Positions 1 to 5,730 of a DNA stretch of 5,949 nucleotides are shown here, piece by piece. The translations under genes were made by a program, and so were the position numbers. Origin of the DNA: Octopus sinensis (taxonomy: Eukaryota). Each line of letters opens with the position of its first letter. Positions within the stretch are counted from its first letter, which is position 1. The stretch covers positions 1 through 5,949 of the forward strand of contig NW_021829494.1 in NCBI RefSeq assembly GCF_006345805.1, in the 5' to 3' direction. The notes under the pieces are model-generated. The model ran no database searches and was not told the DNA's origin. It was given only the letters and a program-made list of their open reading frames with translations.

Positions 1-79
1 CAAATCTGAAAAGGAAAGAGACATAAAACCAAATTGTTTTGGGGCACGTTTACTTATACTTCTTTAGTACCATTGTGTC

Positions 80-105
80 ACTTGACAAAATTATTCATTC
101 TACAG
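80..105 (+). other. Putative 3' splice acceptor upstream of the coding exon (exon would start at 106, with 5'UTR 106-234)
   Basis: ttattcattctacAG (AG at 104-105), with a branch-like CTTGAC about 20 nt upstream. No ATG between 106 and 234. A transcription start site here cannot be excluded. Confidence 0.4.
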
Positions 106-234
106 TCAAGCCATCGATTTCCGCCGACAGATAAAAAACAAAGGAAGGAAAAAAAATTAAAAAACAAAACAAAAAAAAAAAACAAAGATTTATCTAAGGA
201 AAACCAAACAAATTAATAGATTCCTGTCCAAAGT

Positions 235-1142
235 ATGAGGATTTACTTTCGTCGTCTCCTTTTGATAACTTTACTATCACTTACAGTTTCCTTCTTATGG
301 GTAAGCATTTCAAAAGAAGTTAGTGAAAGCAGAAGAGACAACAACAGCCGTAACCGACATTCTCACTTTTCGACTAAAAACACTGACTTTTCACGAAAAA
401 AAATCGCTAGAAAAAATTACACATCAAAGATAATTCGAACTTTTACTGCACCGTTAAATGAGCGACGGACGAAGAAGAGCAACGATTCATCTTCCCGTCT
501 ACTTCATCAATCCACTCTATCCCGGAGGCGTTTAACAACGCGATACATCCGACACAGCAATACATATTCGTCCATTCATATGAATAAAAATATTATTATT
601 AATAATAATAATAATAATAATACTAATAAAAATAATAATAATAATACTAATAAAAATAATAATAAAAATAATAATAATAATAAAAATAATAATAATAATA
701 AAAATAATAATAATAATAATACATTAAGAAATATTCAACAAAATGTTAGTAAGATACAGTTAAAAAACATTGCTCCAAACAAAGCAGAGATTGACAATAA
801 CAACAAGAACGAGAAGCAACCTCGTGTTCAACGCCGAACGCTCGCGAAATACTTACCGAAAAGCGAATGTGGTACTATGCACGGAGTTCCTGAGGGAAAA
901 TACGAAACATGGCAGTTAATTACAAAAAGTAGGGATGCTTGGGTTTTTTCAGCATTCTATGAAAATTTGACCGGACCTTTCATTAGAATAATCGGTGCGA
1001 AAGCCCGCTGGATCTCATCGGATATACATTGTCAGCTATGGTTTAATGTAACCTCAGGCGGCGAGAACTCCACTGATACAAAACTTCATCTGGTGGTTGT
1101 GTCTGCTTCTGTGAAGAATATACCAGAAGACCACGGCAGGAA
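235..1142 (+). CDS. First coding exon of a type II membrane glycosyltransferase family 92 (DUF23 / GALT-1-like beta-1,4-galactosyltransferase-like) protein; 3'-incomplete, continues after an intron
   Basis: ATG at 235 with A at -3 and an in-frame TAG upstream (217-219). Short basic N-terminus MRIYFRR, then hydrophobic LLLITLLSLTVSFLWVSIS (signal-anchor), then a low-complexity stem. C-terminal WVFSAFYE..FIRIIG..IHCQLWF..IPEDHGRK resembles, from recall, the N-terminal motifs of animal GT92 proteins (vySAyyD, iRiig, yCqlWy, EhHg.kY). The ORF-track stop TAA (1144-1146) lies inside the donor GTAAGT, so the exon ends in phase 2 at 1142. Confidence 0.8.
601..720 (+). repeat. In-frame interrupted (AAT)n microsatellite encoding 40 residues (33 Asn, 5 Lys, 2 Thr)
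   Basis: Codons 123-162 read N7-TNK-N5-TNK-N3-K-N5-K-N5-K-N6. All interruptions are whole codons (ACT, AAA). Confidence 0.95.
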
Positions 1143-1148
1143 GTAAGT
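1140..1148 (+). other. 5' splice donor (GAA|GTAAGT), phase 2
   Basis: Consensus GTAAGT at 1143-1148, exactly where codon-like sequence gives way to (AAT)n and repeat DNA. Confidence 0.85.
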
Positions 1149-1157
1149 GATAAATTT

Positions 1158-1158
1158 G

Positions 1159-1190
<32 letters not shown>

Positions 1191-1354
1191 CATAATTATA
1201 ATGATGATAATAATAATAATAATCCTTTCTACTAAAGGTACAAAGCCTGAAATTTTTTTTGGGGGGGGGGGGAGGAGATAGGCGATTACATCGACCCCAA
1301 AGTTTCACTGGTACTTAATTTATCGACCCCCCCCCCGAAAGGATGAAAGGCAAA
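1158..1354 (-). mobile_element. 5'-truncated SINE family B fragment with (ATT)n tail (read as (AAT)n at 1158-1223 on +)
   Basis: 1281-1354 (gcgattacatcgacccc..ggtacttaatttatcgaccccc..gaaaggatgaaaggcaaa) aligns with 4861-4928 and 5041-5108. Its 3' segment (cctttctactaaaggtacaaagcctgaaattt) differs from those copies, suggesting another subfamily. The central domain is reminiscent of the Meta/MESC SINE domain (from recall, unverified). Confidence 0.8.
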
Positions 1355-1389
1355 TAGTTATGCAAATTTAGAAAAAAACTGGTTTATGT

Positions 1390-1446
1390 CATATACATAC
1401 ATACATACATACATATACACAAACACATGCATTCACACATACACAC
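1390..1446. repeat. (ATAC)n/(AC)n compound microsatellite
   Basis: Direct reading. Confidence 0.9.
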
Positions 1447-1682
1447 AGAAACAAAATGCACGCGTGTATAATTTTGCGTTATACATATAAACATCACAAA
1501 GACAAATCACAAACTATCATAATATTAACAGAATTGTTTACACTGAAATGTGGCCGGCAGCTATCCCATTCTCATTCATGTAAATTAATCTTTACGTGAG
1601 CAATGTTTTCTCTGGCCTTTAAAATAAGTGAACATGTCTATTTTCATTCTGCTTCATTTCCCGTTAAATAAAGCTTCGTTTT

Positions 1683-1685
<3 letters not shown>

Positions 1686-1738
<53 letters not shown>
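1686..1738. repeat. (AT)n microsatellite, perfect
   Basis: Direct reading. Confidence 0.97.
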
Positions 1739-1742
<4 letters not shown>

Positions 1743-1802
1743 CAAACTGGGACAAGAACGCAAAACATTAGAAGACGATACAAAAAACACAGACGGGACA
1801 TC

Positions 1803-1827
1803 TATATATATATATTATATATATATA

Positions 1828-1882
<55 letters not shown>
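1803..1882. repeat. (AT)n microsatellite, interrupted
   Basis: Direct reading. Confidence 0.95.
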
Positions 1883-1883
<1 letters not shown>

Positions 1884-1899
1884 GTGTACGTGTGTGTAC

Positions 1900-2159
1900 A
1901 AGCCCGCCATATATATGTTTATATGCATGTGTATGTGGTGTATATCTTTGTGTGTCTGTGTTTGTACCCACCAACATCGCTTGACAACCGATGTTGGTGT
2001 GTTTACGTCCCCCGTAACTTAGTGGCTCGGCAAAAGAGACCGATAGAATAAGTAACTAGGCTTACAAAGAGTAAGTCCTGGGGTCGATTTGCTCGACTAA
2101 AGGCGGTGCTCCAGCATGGCCGCAGTCAAATGACTGACACAAATAAAAGAGTAAAAGAG
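1900..2159 (+). mobile_element. 5'-truncated SINE family A copy (3' half)
   Basis: Begins at aagcccgcc (compare gaagcccgtcg at 3720-3730). A short internal AT/GT tract follows, then ccaacatcgcttgac..gtttacgtccccgtaacttag..gtcctggggtcgat..aaggcggtgctccagcatggccgcagtcaaatgactg..(taaaagag)2, matching 3850-4017. Confidence 0.9.
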
Positions 2160-2241
2160 TATATATATATATATATATATATATATGAAGAGAGGAGGAG
2201 AGAGACAGAGCGCAAGAAAAGCGACAAAGAGAGAGAGAGAG
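2160..2241. repeat. (AT)n followed by GA-rich/(GA)n microsatellite
   Basis: Direct reading. Confidence 0.9.
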
Positions 2242-2367
2242 CGATGTGCGTGTGTGTTGTGTCGGCAGTAATACGCTAGCAGGCCTAAACTTCGAAGTCA
2301 CAGTTTACACTCTTTTTGTAAAAGTATAATATTGAGTAATTATTCAGTTCTTCTTCATTTATTTTAA

Positions 2368-2414
2368 TACTTGTTTCGGTCATTTGACTGCAACCATGCT
2401 GGAGCAACCACCTT
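2368..2414 (-). mobile_element. Short 3'-end fragment of SINE family A in inverted orientation
   Basis: Its reverse complement matches 2100-2145 at 40 of 47 aligned columns. Confidence 0.85.
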
Positions 2415-2449
2415 ACTGTAAAATTATCTTCATTGTAACTGGTCATTAA

Positions 2450-2570
2450 TATATACATACTTACAAGCATGCATGCATGCATACATACACATACACGCAC
2501 GTACATAATACATACATCATACATACATACATGCAAACATACATATATATATATATATATGTGTGTGTGT
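2450..2570. repeat. Compound (CATA)/(CATG)/(AT)/(GT) microsatellite
   Basis: Direct reading. Confidence 0.85.
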
Positions 2571-2895
2571 ATCAATGTATACATTAGGTGAAAGAAACGG
2601 AAAATGGATTTGGTGCGAATGTTTATTCATCGCGACGTGTGTGTGTGTGTATGTAAGCATTATGTATGTATGTATGTATGTATGTATGTATGTATGTATG
2701 TGTGTGTATGTATGTATGTTACATATACATGTGTATCTATGTATATAATAGGCAAAAGAAACGGAAAATGGATTTGTTGCGAGAGTTTATTCACCGCGAC
2801 GTGTGTGTGTGTATGTAAGCATTATGTATGTATGTATGTATGTATGTATGTATGTATGTATGTATGTATGTATGTATGTATGTATGCATGTATGT
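2567..2895. repeat. Two-copy tandem duplication, period 164 bp: unique core plus (GT)n-atgtaagcat-(TATG)n
   Basis: Cores 2585-2640 and 2749-2804 (taggYRaaagaaacggaaaatggatttg.tgcga..gtttattca.cgcgacgtgt) differ at 6 of 56 nt. The flanks gtgtatc at 2567 and 2731 also align. Confidence 0.92.
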
Positions 2896-3075
2896 ATGTG
2901 TGTGTGTATGCATGTATGTATGTATGTGTGTATGTGTATATGTGTGTAAGCATCTATGTATGTATGTATGTATGTATGTATGTATGTATGTATGTATGTA
3001 TGTATGTATGTATGTATGTATGTGTATATGTGTGTATGTATGAATGTATGTATGTATGTATGTACGTATGTCTGC
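2821..3075. repeat. Long (TATG)n tetranucleotide array with (TG) interruptions
   Basis: Direct reading. It is the source of the YVCM/HTYI pseudo-ORFs. Confidence 0.95.
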
Positions 3076-3243
3076 ATGTGTATACGTTGTTATGGAGAGA
3101 GAATTTTTGTGTGCAGGTAGCATATAGCAAACCGGTGTCACTCCAGCTGTGGTCAGAAACATATAGACAGGACATTTTTATACTTTTCAAATACGGTATG
3201 AATTTATTGATGATGCAAGCATCCACGCATATGTAAAAAGAGA

Positions 3244-3245
<2 letters not shown>

Positions 3246-3284
<39 letters not shown>

Positions 3285-3299
3285 ACACACACACACACA
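3246..3299. repeat. (CA)n microsatellite
   Basis: Direct reading. Confidence 0.95.
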
Positions 3300-3399
3300 G
3301 GCACGTAGACTGTACGTTATCTTCAATAACATATGTTCACTTGAACACGTACACACATGTGCATATGCATGTGTATGTGTCTGTATACATACAGACACA

Positions 3400-3466
3400 G
3401 ACATATATACATATATCTATATTTATATATATATTACATACATACATACATACATACATACATGCC

Positions 3467-3502
<36 letters not shown>

Positions 3503-3530
3503 TATACATATATGGATGCGTATATATATA
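3400..3530. repeat. (AT)/(TACA)n compound microsatellite
   Basis: Direct reading. Confidence 0.9.
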
Positions 3531-3569
3531 AACTAGAATAATCGATAAGAAAGCACACACACATATATA

Positions 3570-3755
3570 GGCGTAGGAGTGGCTGTGTGGTAAGCAGCTT
3601 GCTTACCAACCACATGGTTCCAAGTTCAGTCCCACTGCATGGCACCTTGTGCAAGTGCCTCGACTATAACCTCGAGCCGACCAAACCTTGTGGCGGGATT
3701 TGGTAGACGGAAACTGAAAGAAGCCCGTCGTATATATGTATATGTATATTATATA

Positions 3756-3812
<57 letters not shown>

Positions 3813-4017
3813 TATGTACGTGTGTCTATATGTTTGTGTGTATGTGCTTGTACCCCAACATCGCTTGACGACCGACGCTGGTGTGTTTACGTCCCCGTAA
3901 CTTAGGGGTTTGGCAAAATAAGTCCTGGGGTCGATTTACTCGAGTAAAGGCGGTGCTCAGCATGGCCACAGTCAAATGACTGAAACAAACTAAAAGAGTA
4001 AAATAGTGTAAAAAGAG
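3570..4017 (+). mobile_element. Near full-length SINE family A: tRNA-derived head, CORE-like domain, internal (AT)n (about 3731-3815), 3' domain and taaaagag tail
   Basis: A-box-like TGGCTGTGTGG at 3580-3590 and B-box-like GTTCAGTCCC at 3624-3633. CORE-like tggcaccttgtgcaagtg at 3640-3657. The head matches 5731-5856 and 5485-5635, and the 3' half matches 1955-2159. Confidence 0.9.
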
Positions 4018-4020
4018 TAT

Positions 4021-4200
4021 ACACATGCGTACGCGCTTGCGCGCACACACGCAAACACGCATGTTTATGTTTATGTATGTATATATATATATATATATAG
4101 GTAATATATATATATATTCATATGTAAGTATGTATATGTATATCTATTTGTCTGTCTATCAGTATGTATATGTGTGTATGCATGTTACGATGTAGTATTA
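4021..4200. repeat. Mixed (CA)/(CG)/(AT)/(TATG) low-complexity tract
   Basis: Direct reading. Confidence 0.8.
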
Positions 4201-4329
4201 CATGTGGCCAAGTGGTTATGGGATTCAACTCACATCTGTACGTTCATGGTTTCGACACCCGGACAGGGCAGCACGTTGTGTTTTTGAGCAGAACATTCGT
4301 TCTGACGTTGCTTCGCTGAAAATGAATAG

Positions 4330-4360
<31 letters not shown>

Positions 4361-4493
4361 GTCATCATCATCATCATCATCATCAGCTGGGAGTTAACGC
4401 TGCGATGGCTTCGAGTCCCATCCAGGGGTGAGAACTACGTTCTCGGTCGCTTGTACGCTTTGGAAACCGGTTCAAGCGCCGACCCATTGAGCC
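4200..4493 (+). mobile_element. Old SINE family C: tRNA head, CORE-like segment and V-domain-like segment, interrupted by (CAT)n
   Basis: A-box TGGCCAAGTGG at 4205-4215 fits TRGCNNARYGG exactly. B-box-like GGTTTCGACACCC at 4248-4260. CORE-like gttgtgtttttgagcagaacatt follows. After the repeat, gctgggagttaacgctgcgatggcttcgagtcccatccagggg..gtcgctt..gaaaccgg resembles the V-SINE central domain CCTGCGATGGACTGGC..CCATCCAGGG (from recall). There is only one copy in the window, so there is no internal confirmation. Confidence 0.6.
4330..4384. repeat. (CAT)n trinucleotide microsatellite, about 18 units with one CGT variant
   Basis: Direct reading. Confidence 0.97.
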
Positions 4494-4731
4494 TTTACAT
4501 TCGCGACAGATCGTTTCTCTCTTGTCAGGCAAGTGTCATCTCCGTATTGCACCTTGCCCGTCCATGTGCACGCAGGTGAGTCTTCAGCTCAGCTTCCGTT
4601 CTGCAAGAACAGTTACAGATGAAACACTTGAAATATCTGTCTCCCAGCATAACCGTTGCATTTCTGACCCCATGTAATTTTACCGCGCCTGGCAAGTCAA
4701 CCTGTCTCCTGACTAGCAAATTAGGCGTCAC
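4494..4731 (-). pseudogene. Degraded C2H2 zinc-finger-coding fragment, probably from a non-LTR retrotransposon ORF
   Basis: Minus strand encodes F-K-C-x2-C-x12-H-x3-H (FKCFICNCSCRTEAELKTHLRAH, 4564-4632) with the conserved L-x-x-H. After a frameshift and stop, DKRETICRECK (CxxC at 4497-4508) begins a second finger that is cut at the SINE C boundary. The linker is not TGEKP. Confidence 0.6.
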
Positions 4732-4787
4732 TCAATAAAAAATGTGCTGCGGAGGACGGTGGTAGCAGAAGCATCTTGATTTACAGC

Positions 4788-5150
4788 TTCTTATTTCTTA
4801 TTTCTTATTTCTTTATTGCCCATAAGGGGCTAAACATAGAGGGGACAAACAAGGGACTAAGTCGATTACATCGAACCCAGTGCGTAATTAGTACTTAATT
4901 CATCGACTTCGAAAGGATGAAAGGTAAAGTCGACCTCGGCGGAATTTGAACTCAGAACGTAGTCGCATACGAAATACCTATTTCTTTACTACCCATAAGG
5001 GACGAAACACAGAGGGGACAAACAAGAACAAAGGGATTAAGTCGATTATATCGACCCCAGTGCGTAAATGGTACTTATTTAATCGACCCCGAAAGGATAA
5101 AAGGCAAAGTCGGCCTCGGCGGAATTTGAACTCTGCCAGCTCGCCGCCTT
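4788..5150 (-). mobile_element. Dimeric (head-to-tail) SINE family B element with (AGAAATA)n tail
   Basis: On the minus strand it starts aaggcggcgagctggcag at 5150. Monomer 1 spans 4979-5150 and monomer 2 spans 4788-4978, and they are clearly homologous. B-box-like GAGTTCAAATTCC occurs at 5121-5133 and 4941-4953. The tail reads ttcttatttcttatttcttatttc on + (4788-4811). Confidence 0.88.
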
Positions 5151-5186
5151 AATATACTTCTTGACAAAACCCGGTTCATGTGCATA

Positions 5187-5189
<3 letters not shown>

Positions 5190-5218
<29 letters not shown>
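5190..5218. repeat. (GT)n microsatellite
   Basis: Direct reading. Confidence 0.97.
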
Positions 5219-5484
5219 CATAGACTCTGACATGCCTCCAGATTGCGCTCTGTCCAGTCTGGATGTGAACAATGTCACTCCACGAAAAATCCAGCACAAG
5301 ACAAAATGGTAATGCGCAAGCATGTGTATACGGAAATAAGATAGCAAACACATGTGCTCAAAGATATCCATCATCATCTTTATTTAGCAGGGATGACCCC
5401 ACCACCACCACCTCCGTCGCGAAAAACAAAACAAAAACAAACAAACAAATGCAAAAATTTGGGTACATAAATAAATAAAAAAAA

Positions 5485-5635
5485 GCATAACTGTGTGGTT
5501 AATTAGTTCGCTCTGCAACCTCGTGGTTTTGAGGCGTGAGACCTTCGGCAAGTGCCTTCTACTATAAAGATCCAGGCTGACCCAATGCCTTGTGAGTGAA
5601 TTTGGTCGGTGGAAATTGTGTGGAAGTCCGTTGTG
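5485..5635 (+). mobile_element. Diverged SINE family A-related head and CORE-like domain, B-box deleted
   Basis: ctgtgtggtta..gtggtttt..gaccttcggcaagtgccttctactata..ccttgtgagtgaatttgg..ggaaattg..gaagtccgttg aligns with 3583-3730. It lacks the 12 nt ttcagtcccact. Confidence 0.8.
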
Positions 5636-5643
5636 CGTGTGTG

Positions 5644-5724
<81 letters not shown>

Positions 5725-5730
5725 TATATA
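5636..5730. repeat. (GT)/(AT)n microsatellite at the internal-repeat position of the preceding SINE A copy
   Basis: Direct reading. Confidence 0.93.

Noticed and set aside
34-216. 60-aa ORF with a Lys-rich tail
   Set aside because: It uses a non-ATG start, and the Lys/Asn richness simply reflects the A-rich leader.
235-1146. Complete single-exon 303-aa gene ending at TAA 1144-1146
   Set aside because: The TAA lies within a consensus donor (GTAAGT), and the GT92-like domain has only just begun.
1054-1308. Minus-strand ORF with poly-Pro and poly-Tyr
   Set aside because: It is the antisense reading of the G-run and the (AAT)n SINE tail.
2567-2895. CRISPR-like or other prokaryotic repeat-spacer array
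   Set aside because: There are only two units, the intervening sequence is microsatellite rather than unique spacers, and the context is a eukaryotic intron.
3104-3120. Acceptor tttttgtgtgcAG (3115-3116) as the next exon
   Set aside because: Joining it gives AAG followed immediately by TAG, with no GT92 continuation.
3376-3399. 11-bp inverted repeat tgtgtctgtat-ac-atacagacaca
   Set aside because: Expected by chance where complementary dinucleotide repeats meet. The same applies to the 20-bp palindrome at 591-610.
2285-3654. Many ORFs with YVCM, HTYI or VCVC repeats, including 2604-3236
   Set aside because: These are translations of (TATG)n, (CATA)n and (CA)n microsatellites, which lack stop codons.
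4200-4262. tRNA gene (also considered for the heads at 3570 and 5731)
   Set aside because: A and B boxes are present, but I could not build a full cloverleaf or acceptor stem, and each head runs into SINE body sequence.
4330-4384. (GAT)n as the 3' tail of a minus-strand LINE containing the zinc finger
   Set aside because: The sequence on both sides reads as one continuous + strand SINE (CORE-like, then V-like), so the repeat is better explained as an internal expansion. Not fully excluded.
4776-4900. Acceptor ttgatttacAG (4785-4786) as the next exon
   Set aside because: The downstream reading is antisense SINE B sequence that reaches a stop and has no GT92 motifs.
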